Position numbers and translations under genes: made by a program. The notes below the pieces were generated by a model. The model was not told the origin of the DNA. It worked only from the letters and a program-made list of their open reading frames with translations, and did no database searches. A stretch of 64,000 nucleotides of DNA from Rhodothermales bacterium (GTDB taxonomy: Bacteria; Bacteroidota; Rhodothermia; Rhodothermales; UBA10348), in the NCBI GenBank assembly GCA_965247125.1, contig CBDFGO010000002.1:1062379-1126378 (forward strand), given 5' to 3'. This document shows positions 26,042-34,970 of this stretch, one piece after another. Every line of letters starts with the position of its first letter. Within the stretch, counting starts at the first letter, position 1.

Positions 26042-26671
26042 TTAGAAAAGTTTGTGTTCAACGCGGCCCAGGAGTCGAATAAGCGTCTCGTGCCCGAGCC
26101 TGCGCTTTGCCTCGCTTAGGGGAAACCACCGGACCTGGTTAATTTTTTCTTCACGTTGAGGGACAAAGCGGGTCTCATTGGTCTTCATGTGGTACCAATG
26201 GGTTGTTTTGACAGCGAAAAAATCCCCGTCCAGATATCCGTGGGTGGTCGTGTCAAGAAAATCCAGCACTTTCACCGAGCTGATTCCGAGCTCTTCTTTA
26301 ACCTCTCTCTTCGCGCATTTCTTTATCGACTCTCCAGGATCCTGTTTTCCCTTGGGAATATCCCAGCGGCCTCGACGATAGATGAGCAGAATCTCAACGC
26401 CCGATTTTCCTTTGCGGGTAAGAATTCCTCCACCAGCTCGAATCTCCTTCGGTTTCAGGTAGGGCCCAACGTTGAGAAGCGCCTTTTTCGGTATTTTTTG
26501 GACATCCCCCGAGAGTGTGGCTGGAATCTCGCGAGAATCCAGAACGAATACTTTCCCTCGACCGTCCGCTTTGGCTTGTTTCAGGCTCCGGTAGAGTCTC
26601 GATTCATCATACTCAGACGGAAGAATTCCGGCTTTCGCGTTCTTGGGTGATTCCACATAAAAATAGAGCAT
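26042..26671 (-). CDS. NUDIX hydrolase with a ~75-aa N-terminal extension
   Basis: Complete Nudix box GKQDPGESIKKCAKREVKEELGI (GX5EX7REUXEEXGU). Confidence 0.8.
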   Translation of the reverse strand: MLYFYVESPKNAKAGILPSEYDESRLYRSLKQAKADGRGKVFVLDSREIPATLSGDVQKIPKKALLNVGPYLKPKEIRAGGGILTRKGKSGVEILLIYRRGRWDIPKGKQDPGESIKKCAKREVKEELGISSVKVLDFLDTTTHGYLDGDFFAVKTTHWYHMKTNETRFVPQREEKINQVRWFPLSEAKRRLGHETLIRLLGRVEHKLF

Positions 26672-26738
26672 GTCAAATCTGGGAAGAAAAAGCTTAAAGT
26701 TGCCGGCCAGACGGGGTGGATGATTCAGCCACGCTGCA

Positions 26739-27383
26739 TTGTATGTTGTCTCCGTTCCAAAAGATAGACGGAGTCTCGATATTTCGAGCAGAAATATTCA
26801 GAAATACGACGTGAAAAAGGCCGCGAATCTTACCGGAGTACTTTTACTCGGCGGACGAAGTCGTCGATTCGGATCTGACAAAACTCGAGCTTCACTCGGT
26901 GGCACGCCGCTCGCCGGGCACGCGCACCGTGCGCTTTCCGAAGTGTGCTCGCGGGTGCTCCTCTCCGTCTCGAAGCACTCTTCGCAGTCTTCACTTGGCG
27001 AATTGAGCGGCCGTCTTCTGTTCGATGATGTGCCCGACCGGGGGCCTCTGGGGGGCATCTTGACGGCTTTCTCCGTTTCGACGGAGCCCTACCTGGTGAT
27101 TCTGGCGGGAGATCTTCCCCGAATCAGGTCCGCTACATTATCCCGCATGGTCATGCGGTTCGAATCTGGCGTTCTTTTTGCTCGAAATGAGCAATCTGGT
27201 CGTGTCCAACCGTTGTGCGGGATCTGGAGCCACGAAGTCACCGGGCAACTTGCAAAGTACCTGGAATCCGGACACCGATCGGTTCTGGGATTTCTGGATG
27301 AGGTCGAGACACAGGCGTTTGACCTGTCCCCGGAGGAGTTGATAAATATAAATCGTCCTGGCGACCTGGAAGATGTTCGATAA
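26739..27383 (+). CDS. mobA: Molybdenum cofactor guanylyltransferase MobA
   Basis: Motifs GVLLLGGRSRRFGSDK, DDVPDRGPLGGILTA and VILAGDLPRI. The real start may be the GTG near 26811 (VKKAANLTGV...). Confidence 0.75.
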   Translation: MYVVSVPKDRRSLDISSRNIQKYDVKKAANLTGVLLLGGRSRRFGSDKTRASLGGTPLAGHAHRALSEVCSRVLLSVSKHSSQSSLGELSGRLLFDDVPDRGPLGGILTAFSVSTEPYLVILAGDLPRIRSATLSRMVMRFESGVLFARNEQSGRVQPLCGIWSHEVTGQLAKYLESGHRSVLGFLDEVETQAFDLSPEELININRPGDLEDVR

Positions 27384-27476
27384 AGCTTCCGGACCTCTAT
27401 TATACGTTGTTGATTGTTCTGAGAATGGAGCCACAAGAATTCCTCACGCCAAGCCAGCAGTTTCCCCCATCATTCG

Positions 27477-29126
27477 ATGAATTACGGATTCCTGATCAAC
27501 AATGACACCTGCATCGGCTGCCATGCGTGCTCCACAGCGTGTAAGAGTGAGAACGAGGTGCCACTTGGCGTCAATCGGACGTGGGTCAAGACGGTTGAGA
27601 CGGGCGTTTTCCCTGACGTTACCCGCAATTTTCAGGTCACGCGATGTAATCACTGTTCAAATCCGCCATGTGTCCGCATCTGCCCCGTGACGGCGATGTA
27701 CCAGAGGGATGATGGAATTGTAGAGTTCGACCCGGACAGCTGCATCGGATGCAAGGCGTGTATGCAGGCCTGTCCGTACGACGCCATTTACATCGATCCC
27801 GAATCGGGAACGGCTGCGAAATGTCACTATTGTGCGCACCGTGTTGATATCGGTCTCGAACCCGCCTGTGTGGTGGTGTGTCCGGAACACGCGATTCTGG
27901 CGGGCGATTTGGATGATCCCCTGACTGAAATTTCCCAGATGATCGCGCGCAATAAGGTCACGGTGCGAAGACCCGAACAGGGCACGGTGCCGAATCTATT
28001 CTATATCGGAGGGGATGACATGGCAATGCACCCGACATCCGTACAGGGTGCCCAAGAGACCTTTGCCTGGTCTGATCCCATGCCAGAAGCCGGAACCGGC
28101 GGTGTTCGCGAGAAGGATCATCGGCCCAATTCAGGGCCTGTGAAGACATCCCCTTCGGGTCAGCCTTTACGAACACCCCAACCACAGGGGATTGCTACCG
28201 GTGGCCCCATTCAGATTGGAAAGGGCCGTATGGCGGAGCAGATGACTCAGGTGGTGTGGAACGCGCAGCATCGCGTACCGTGGCACTGGCCTGTGCCTGC
28301 GTATCTGGTCACCAAAGGCGTTGCCGCTGGTATGTTCTTAATCGTGTCGCTGATGTCCATTCTCAAGATCGGTGAGATCGGCAACTTCAGTGGACTTGTA
28401 ACGGCTTCCTCCTGTCTGTTTTTCCTCGTAGTCACGACTGCGCTGTTGGTCTATGATCTAGAACGCCCCGAGCGTTTTTTGCGCATCATCACGCGTCCTC
28501 AGTGGAAAAGTTGGCTGGTTCGAGGGGCCTATCTGCTCATCGCATTCAGTATTCTGGTCACAATCTGGACAGCCGGTGAACTGGCTCTGTGGATGTCCTG
28601 GATTGAAGAGGCTGACTACCTCCTAGGGCGAACCGTCCTCAACTGGGTCGGTGTACCGCTGGCGGTTGGCGCCGCCGTCTATACGGCATTCCTGTTCGGT
28701 CAGGCAGAGGGCCGGGATCTGTGGCAGAGTACTCTCCTACCGCTGCATTTGATTGTGCAGTCGTTTGTTGCAGGTGCTGCGTTCTTCATGATTGTCGGAA
28801 GCTTCGTCGAACTGGATGCGGACGTGATCGCGTTGGTCCGACTCACATTCACCACGAGTCTGGTTCTGGACCTTCTGGTGACGATGTTCGGCGAGTTCGG
28901 CATGCCGCACGCATCTGAGGCTGCTGCGCGAGCTGCGCATATGATTGTGAGAGGACGATACGCCCGCTCATTCTGGATCGGTAGCGTTCTTTTCGGTCAC
29001 ATCGTTCCACTAGGATTGGACTTCGCCAACTTCCCAGGAGCTATTGCCGGAATACTGGCGATCGTGGGTCTGTTCTTATACGAGCGCGCCTTCGTCAACG
29101 CCCCACAGGAAATCCCCAACAGCTGA
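27477..29126 (+). CDS. Fusion protein: four-cluster 4Fe-4S ferredoxin subunit (PsrB/SoeB/DmsB type) plus NrfD/PsrC-type 8-TM quinone-interacting membrane subunit
   Basis: Cys motifs CIGCHACSTACK, CNHCSNPPCVRICP, CIGCKACMQACP and CHYCAHRVDIGLEPACVVVCP lie in the first ~170 aa. A ~90-aa P/G-rich linker follows, then eight hydrophobic helices. There is no signal peptide. Confidence 0.8.
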   Translation: MNYGFLINNDTCIGCHACSTACKSENEVPLGVNRTWVKTVETGVFPDVTRNFQVTRCNHCSNPPCVRICPVTAMYQRDDGIVEFDPDSCIGCKACMQACPYDAIYIDPESGTAAKCHYCAHRVDIGLEPACVVVCPEHAILAGDLDDPLTEISQMIARNKVTVRRPEQGTVPNLFYIGGDDMAMHPTSVQGAQETFAWSDPMPEAGTGGVREKDHRPNSGPVKTSPSGQPLRTPQPQGIATGGPIQIGKGRMAEQMTQVVWNAQHRVPWHWPVPAYLVTKGVAAGMFLIVSLMSILKIGEIGNFSGLVTASSCLFFLVVTTALLVYDLERPERFLRIITRPQWKSWLVRGAYLLIAFSILVTIWTAGELALWMSWIEEADYLLGRTVLNWVGVPLAVGAAVYTAFLFGQAEGRDLWQSTLLPLHLIVQSFVAGAAFFMIVGSFVELDADVIALVRLTFTTSLVLDLLVTMFGEFGMPHASEAAARAAHMIVRGRYARSFWIGSVLFGHIVPLGLDFANFPGAIAGILAIVGLFLYERAFVNAPQEIPNS

Positions 29127-29130
29127 CTCG

Positions 29131-32118
29131 ATGAGTACTAAGAAAGTGAGCAGCACCGACAGTAGTCCATCCGAGTCCGGATTCGGGCTTCCGGAATTTT
29201 CGACAGCTTCTAGGCAGCCTGAAAAGATCGAAATGACGACCGTCCGACATCCAGACGGCCGAATGAGCCAATATCCACCCTCAGAGATGTGGGATGATTG
29301 GGTCGAGTGGGATGGAAAGCAGTGGCCTCGGCGTGTCGCTCGTCACTACACGTTGGTTCCAACGGTCTGCTTTAACTGCGAGAGTGCGTGTGGACTGCTA
29401 GCCTACGTGGATCGGAAAACGCTGGACATTAAAAAATTTGAAGGGAATCCGAAACACCCGGGTAGCCGCGGTCGAAATTGCGCCAGGGGGCCTGCTACAA
29501 TCAATCAGGTGTATGATCCGGAGCGTATTCTGTACCCCCTGAAGCGAGTTGGTGAGCGGGGTGAGGGGAAATGGAAGCGCATCACCTGGGACGAAGCGCT
29601 GACGGAAATCGGCGATAAAATGAATGCTTCCCGTCAGAAAAGGCGCGATGGCATTATGTACCACGTCGGTAGACCAGGTGAGGATGGCTACACCAATCGA
29701 TGTATCCAGGCCTGGGGTGTGGACGCGCACAATTCACATACGAACATCTGTTCGGGCGGGGCTCGGGCGGGCTATTTCCTCTGGTCCGGCTTCGACCGCC
29801 CGAGCCCGGACTACGCCAATGCAAATGTTATTGTGCTCATCTCGAGCCACCTCGAGACGGGCCACTATTTCAATCCACACGCGCAACGGATAATGGAGGC
29901 GAAGGTGAACGGCGCAAAACTGATCACCTTCGATCCACGTCTTTCAAACACGGCTTCGAAATCAGACACCTGGCTGCCCACCTGGCCGGGGTCCGAGCAA
30001 ACAGTTCTCCTGGCGATAGCCAATTACCTCATCCAGAATGACCTTTACGACAAAGACTTCATGCGTCGATGGGTAAACTGGCGTGAGACGCTGAAATTTT
30101 TCAAAGATCGTCCTTACGAGGAGGTCGATTTTGAACTCCCCGGGGAAAAGATCTGGGAACGATTTCGCGCCCTTCTCGCGGGCGGGCGCTTCAATCTCGA
30201 GGAAGATGAAGCTGACTTTGATGTGTTCGATCGATTGCTCAAGGCGCTTTATGCGGAGTATACCTTCGAGCGTGCTGCAGAAGAGTCACAGGTCTCCATA
30301 GAAAAGATCAAGGAGGCGGCATTCTGTATCGCTGATTGTCAGGGTCGTCTTGCCGCGCACACGTGGCGCAGCGCCTCTATCGGAAACAAGGGAGGATGGC
30401 AGGTGGCGCGGTGTCTGCTCTTCTTGAACGTGTTGACGGGCAGCATTGGGACCGAGGGTGGTACTTCAGGAAACAGCTGGAATAAATTTGTCCCCAAGCC
30501 CTTCGATCAACCACCACCCCTGGAATCCTGGAACGAACTCCACCTCCCCCATGAGTGGCCCCTCGCCTTCTATGAAATGAGCTTCCTGCTTCCGCACTTC
30601 CTGGAAGAAGGGCGCGGTGAGGTCGACGTTTACATATCCCGCGTTTACAATCCACTCTGGATTAATCCGGACGGATTCATGTGGATGCGGGCGCTGAAAG
30701 ATGAGAGCAAGATCAAGTGTCACGTCGCCCTGACCCCAACCTGGAATGAATCAGCCTGGTTCGCCGACTACGTCCTTCCGATGGGCCACGCGAGTGAGCG
30801 TCATGACCTGATGAGCCAAGAAACCCATGCAGGGCAATGGATTGCGTTCCGGCAACCTGTTCAGCGAGTCGCGGCAGAACGCCTGGGGCGAAAGGTGAAA
30901 TACACCTGGGAGACGAATCCAGGGGAGGTCTGGGAAGAAAACGAATTCTGGATTGAGCTATCGGTGCGCATGGACCCCAATGGCTCTCTGGGTATCCGAA
31001 AACATTTCCAAAGCCCGTATCGCGAGGGCGAGATTGTAACCGTAGAGGAATATTATCGGTGGATCTTTGAGAACAGCGTGCCGGGACTTCCTGAGGCGGC
31101 GGAAAAAGAGGGCGTCTCTCCTCTGGAGTACATGAGAAAGTACGCCGCCTTTGAAATCAATAATGATCACTACGTACCGTATGAAGAGCGGATCGATAAG
31201 AAAACCACGAAAATGGATGACCAAAGTCGACTGGTCCGTGATGGCTCCGTCGTTGGAATCATGATCGATGGCGTCCCGCGAGCAGGATTCTCGACGCCGA
31301 GCCGCAAGATGGAATTCTTCAGTCCGACCATGCATGAGTGGGGCTGGCCGGAAAAGGAGCACACCATTCCCTGGACACTTAAAAGTCACGTTCACCCGGA
31401 CAGCATTGATCGGGAAAAAGGCGAGATGCTTCTACTGCCCAATTTTCGTCTACCGACGCTCATTCATACGAGAAGCGCCAACGCCAAATGGCTCTACGAA
31501 TTAAGCCACAAAAATCCTGTGTGGATGCATCCTTCTGATGCCGGACGTCTCGGGGTGGATTCGGGTGATCTGATTCGCATTACGACCCGGATTGGATACT
31601 TCGTCGACAAGGTGTGGGTGACCGAGGGGATCAAGCCTGGAATAATTGCGATGAGTCACCACCTGGGTCGATGGCGGTTGAAGGAGGCCGAGGGCGTGAG
31701 CCGTGGGGCGTCAAATCTGGTGTCGATTTCCGAAGAAAACGAGACCGAAGGTCGGCTACGGGTAGAACACGGTGCCGGTGCCTGGAAATCATTCGATCCG
31801 GATACTTCTCGAATCTGGTGGGAGGATGTTGGGGTGCACCAGAATCTTACACATGCTGTGCAGCCCGACCCGGTATCCGGTCACCACTGTTGGCTTCAGA
31901 AAGCGTTCAATGTCGAAAAAGCGCGTGCGGAAGATCGGCACGGGGACGTTTATGTCGATACGAAGGCCTCTATGGAAAACTACCACGAGTGGGTAAAGCT
32001 CTCCAGATCGGCGGTAGATCACTCTCCGGACGGACTGCGACGGCCGTACTGGTTCAAGCGGCCACTGAAGCCCGTAAAAGCCGCTTATGCTCTTCCTGAC
32101 AAGCCGTTTGGTCGCTAG
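29131..32118 (+). CDS. Molybdopterin (bis-MGD) oxidoreductase catalytic subunit, Psr/Phs/Ttr/Soe-like, without a Tat signal
   Basis: ATG 29131 lies 4 nt after the preceding stop. FS0 cluster motif CFNCESACGLLAYV...GRNCARG. A candidate Cys Mo ligand sits in HTNICSGGARAG. The protein is ~995 aa and has no RR motif in the first ~90 aa. Confidence 0.8.
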   Translation: MSTKKVSSTDSSPSESGFGLPEFSTASRQPEKIEMTTVRHPDGRMSQYPPSEMWDDWVEWDGKQWPRRVARHYTLVPTVCFNCESACGLLAYVDRKTLDIKKFEGNPKHPGSRGRNCARGPATINQVYDPERILYPLKRVGERGEGKWKRITWDEALTEIGDKMNASRQKRRDGIMYHVGRPGEDGYTNRCIQAWGVDAHNSHTNICSGGARAGYFLWSGFDRPSPDYANANVIVLISSHLETGHYFNPHAQRIMEAKVNGAKLITFDPRLSNTASKSDTWLPTWPGSEQTVLLAIANYLIQNDLYDKDFMRRWVNWRETLKFFKDRPYEEVDFELPGEKIWERFRALLAGGRFNLEEDEADFDVFDRLLKALYAEYTFERAAEESQVSIEKIKEAAFCIADCQGRLAAHTWRSASIGNKGGWQVARCLLFLNVLTGSIGTEGGTSGNSWNKFVPKPFDQPPPLESWNELHLPHEWPLAFYEMSFLLPHFLEEGRGEVDVYISRVYNPLWINPDGFMWMRALKDESKIKCHVALTPTWNESAWFADYVLPMGHASERHDLMSQETHAGQWIAFRQPVQRVAAERLGRKVKYTWETNPGEVWEENEFWIELSVRMDPNGSLGIRKHFQSPYREGEIVTVEEYYRWIFENSVPGLPEAAEKEGVSPLEYMRKYAAFEINNDHYVPYEERIDKKTTKMDDQSRLVRDGSVVGIMIDGVPRAGFSTPSRKMEFFSPTMHEWGWPEKEHTIPWTLKSHVHPDSIDREKGEMLLLPNFRLPTLIHTRSANAKWLYELSHKNPVWMHPSDAGRLGVDSGDLIRITTRIGYFVDKVWVTEGIKPGIIAMSHHLGRWRLKEAEGVSRGASNLVSISEENETEGRLRVEHGAGAWKSFDPDTSRIWWEDVGVHQNLTHAVQPDPVSGHHCWLQKAFNVEKARAEDRHGDVYVDTKASMENYHEWVKLSRSAVDHSPDGLRRPYWFKRPLKPVKAAYALPDKPFGR

Positions 32119-32195
32119 GAAGATCGTGATTAAGGGTTCCACAGATCGATTCTCCTGGAGATGTCCAAAGATGTAATGACAAGTACTGACAAGCA

Positions 32196-33131
32196 TTGTT
32201 ACCCGATTACTACATTCCCATCCACGACACCTTGAGCGCAACAATCCCATCAGATCAAATACAGAGATTGGCTGATCTTCTGCAGCGTCCACCGTCGCAG
32301 GATGGCGATCTGTCCTGGTTGAGTGATGCGGCTCATGATCTGCAGTTGTCTTCCGACGAACTGGCCGCGGAACACTACCGGGTTCTGGTTCACGAACTCA
32401 TGCCAGCTGCATCAGTGTTTCTTGCTCAGGATGCCATGCTGGGGGGCGGTATTGGCCAATCAGTGCAGGAGTTCATGAGTGCGCACGATCACCAGCCTAC
32501 CTCGCCTACGGACCCTCCGGATCACCTTGCGGAAGAGGTACGTTTCTTGGAGTATTTACTGGCAGCAGATCAGAGAGAAGCAGCTTCCAATTTTTTCACA
32601 CATCTGGGCGGATGGGCTCCGTTGTGCCTGAATGTGATTTCGACCTCAGGGAGCGTTCTGTTCGAATCCGTGGCGGAAGCGCTTAGAGACGCTCTGATTG
32701 AAGTTGGGCACAACCTGCCTCAATCCGCCGGTTTGGATCTGTTTCACCCCTCACTCACTCCGGGACCGGTGACTTTTCAACTGGAACACAGCAGAACAGG
32801 TCTGGCCCAGATCGGGAGTTTTTTTTCCAGCCCGGCTCAGTGCGGCATCTATCTCTCGAAAAGAAAAATCAGTATGCTGGCCCGCCAAACCAATCTTCCG
32901 ACCGGCTTTGGATCGCGGGCACGTACCATCGAAGGCCTCTTCCGTTCAGCCGGACAGTACGGAGGGATGGACACGGTGTGCCACTTTCTGGCGAAGGAGA
33001 TTGAATCTACCCAACGGGTCTGGCAGTCCTGGAAAGATGAGGAGTTACCGGGATCCCGTCACTGGGCCGCCTTCTGGTCGTCACGACTGGATTCAACCCG
33101 TTCCATCGTGAGGCGCCTGGGCGATTCCTGA
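32196..33131 (+). CDS. TorD/DmsD/NarJ-family redox-enzyme maturation chaperone with a ~120-aa C-terminal extension
   Basis: YRVLVHELMPAASVFL...DPPDHLAEEVRFLEYLL...FFTHLGGWAPLCL matches the Nitrate_red_del family pattern (Y..LF...P..S.y...PDHl..EL.Fl..L). The last ~120 aa are unassigned. Confidence 0.6.
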   Translation: MLPDYYIPIHDTLSATIPSDQIQRLADLLQRPPSQDGDLSWLSDAAHDLQLSSDELAAEHYRVLVHELMPAASVFLAQDAMLGGGIGQSVQEFMSAHDHQPTSPTDPPDHLAEEVRFLEYLLAADQREAASNFFTHLGGWAPLCLNVISTSGSVLFESVAEALRDALIEVGHNLPQSAGLDLFHPSLTPGPVTFQLEHSRTGLAQIGSFFSSPAQCGIYLSKRKISMLARQTNLPTGFGSRARTIEGLFRSAGQYGGMDTVCHFLAKEIESTQRVWQSWKDEELPGSRHWAAFWSSRLDSTRSIVRRLGDS

Positions 33132-33140
33132 CATTCTCCA

Positions 33141-34880
33141 TCAAGGGAGGCGGCCGACATATTCGTCGAGACGATTCCACCCGGTCAAAACGTGTACCAG
33201 GGCGCGGTGAACGCTCAGGAAAAAATGATCTACCCCAATGGTATCATGCACTCCAGAGGATCGAAGCACCTTTACGACCGCCATTTTGGCCCCGCTCATG
33301 TAAAAATCGATCTCTCTCTTTGACAGGGCCTCATGGGTGTCCGAAAGAATAGCGAGAGCTGTCGTATCCAGATCATTGATACTCGAAGCGTCGAGGATGA
33401 TGGCCCGAATATCCTGTCCGGACGCCTGTTTCATGATCACCTCGCGCAGTCGGTCGGCGTTCGCGAAGGAGAAAGAAGCATCTATTCGGAGGATGAGGAC
33501 CCCATCGAATTGTTTGGCATCTCCATGATCTCGCATCCCGCGGAAGGTGCGTGTTTGATCCAAATGACCCAAAATGGCCACATTTGGGCGACTGATTCTA
33601 TAGAGCACGGCGATGACCGACAGCGCAACGCCCGTCAGTACCCCCTGATGGATACCGAACAGTAGCGTGGCCAGGAAGGTGAGTGAAGCGATCACCCCAT
33701 CTCTCGCCTTCGTATTCCAGAGAAACCGAATCTCTGAGATGTCGATCAGGCCCAGGGCAGAGACGACAATGATCGATGCGAACACAGGAATCGGGAGGAA
33801 ATAGAAGATTGGCGTGAAAAACAGTAACGCCAGACCGACAAAAAGCGCCGCAATGGCGCTCGACATGGGAGTTGTGGCACCGGCTTCGACATTCACCGCC
33901 GTGCGAGAAAAACTTCCCGATACAGGCAATCCCCCCATCACAGAGCTGGATAGGTTCATAGATCCCAGCGCCAGCAATTCCGCATTGGGCCTGACCTGAT
34001 CACCACTTCGCGCGGCAAATACCTTTCCAAGGGAGATGACGTTCATGAACTGAACGAGCGCAAGCATTATCGCGGTCGGAAAGAGAGCCTGTATAGACTC
34101 GAGCCCAAATTCAGGTAGTTTAAATGATGGTAGACCACCGGCAATACTCCCGACAATGGCCACGCCGTCTGACTCGAGATCCATGAAAACGACGGCGAGG
34201 GCAGTGACAACGACAGCCACGAGCGCCGAAGGAAATTTCCTGGCAACTTTTCGTCCCACGAGTAAAATTAGAATCCCTGAAACCGAGATCGCAAACGACG
34301 CAGGGTGCAGCTCGCCAATCCGCTCCACAACCACCATCACCTGCGAAACCGCATTCAAGCTCTGCGCGGTTGATATTCCCAACAGGGTACCGAGCTGACT
34401 GAATCCGATAATCAGAGCGGCCGCAGCGGTAAATCCAGCGATCAGAGGTCGGGAAAGCAGATTCACCACAAAGCCAAATCGCAGAAAGCCCATGACCAGC
34501 TGGATCACGCCGACCATCATCGCCAGCGTGAAGATGTGAACCATATAGGCATCTGACGAAGCAGGGGCAAGAGCCGCCAACCCGGCGGCGACCAGCAGAC
34601 CGTCGATGGCGGTAATGCCCACTGAGAGATGTCGGGAAGTACCCAGGATCGCGTAGACAAGCAGCGGAACGAGCGAAGCGTAGAGTCCGTGAATCGGAGG
34701 GGCACCGGCCAGAATGGCGTAAGCGATACTCTGTGGGATGAGAACCACTCCGACGGTCGCGCCTGCCATCAGGTCACCCGAAAACTGGCTCCGGTTGTAT
34801 CCGCGGATCCAGCTTAAAGCCGACGGTTTGTCAATGTGGTCGATGTTCATCGAACGCGAAAGTCCTGTTTTGGAGGTCAA
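33141..34880 (-). CDS. SulP-family anion (sulfate) transporter with a C-terminal STAS domain
   Basis: DLMAGATVGVVLIPQSIAYAILAGAPPIHGLYASLVPLLVYAILGTSRHLSVG is the SulP signature region. A STAS-like tail follows (ILRIDASFSFANADRL...ILDASSINDLDTTA). The ATG at 34850 (MNIDHID...) is the more likely start. Confidence 0.88.
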   Translation of the reverse strand: MTSKTGLSRSMNIDHIDKPSALSWIRGYNRSQFSGDLMAGATVGVVLIPQSIAYAILAGAPPIHGLYASLVPLLVYAILGTSRHLSVGITAIDGLLVAAGLAALAPASSDAYMVHIFTLAMMVGVIQLVMGFLRFGFVVNLLSRPLIAGFTAAAALIIGFSQLGTLLGISTAQSLNAVSQVMVVVERIGELHPASFAISVSGILILLVGRKVARKFPSALVAVVVTALAVVFMDLESDGVAIVGSIAGGLPSFKLPEFGLESIQALFPTAIMLALVQFMNVISLGKVFAARSGDQVRPNAELLALGSMNLSSSVMGGLPVSGSFSRTAVNVEAGATTPMSSAIAALFVGLALLFFTPIFYFLPIPVFASIIVVSALGLIDISEIRFLWNTKARDGVIASLTFLATLLFGIHQGVLTGVALSVIAVLYRISRPNVAILGHLDQTRTFRGMRDHGDAKQFDGVLILRIDASFSFANADRLREVIMKQASGQDIRAIILDASSINDLDTTALAILSDTHEALSKREIDFYMSGAKMAVVKVLRSSGVHDTIGVDHFFLSVHRALVHVLTGWNRLDEYVGRLP

Positions 34881-34903
34881 AAGCCTGCATTGGAGGTCAA
34901 AAG
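34870..34903. promoter_or_regulatory. Direct repeat TTGGAGGTCAAAAG x2 (20-bp period) upstream of, or overlapping, the SulP start
   Basis: Perfect 14-mers at 34870-34883 and 34890-34903. They lie 20-53 nt upstream of ATG 34850 on the minus strand. Confidence 0.3.
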
Positions 34904-34970
34904 ATAGTCATTCGGGTAGCGCCAGCCCGATCCTGTCCCCTTCAGCTACAGATCGCGTGGATTTCGATAC

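Noticed and set aside
26024-26042. Tandem CGGGTATCT x2 between the small membrane protein gene and the Nudix gene
   Set aside because: Only two 9-10-nt copies, which is too short to separate from chance.
26672-27476. Moco riboswitch upstream of mobA or the FeS-NrfD gene (also considered upstream of moeA at 5188-5267)
   Set aside because: The gaps are only 67, 93 and 80 nt, shorter than the ~130-nt Moco RNA motif. I could not find its conserved stems.
29044-29130. Longer start for the molybdoenzyme catalytic subunit (ORF begins at 29044)
   Set aside because: The extension overlaps the end of the preceding gene, contains no twin-arginine motif, and the ATG at 29131 sits 4 nt after the upstream stop. 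That spacing is typical of coupled operon genes.
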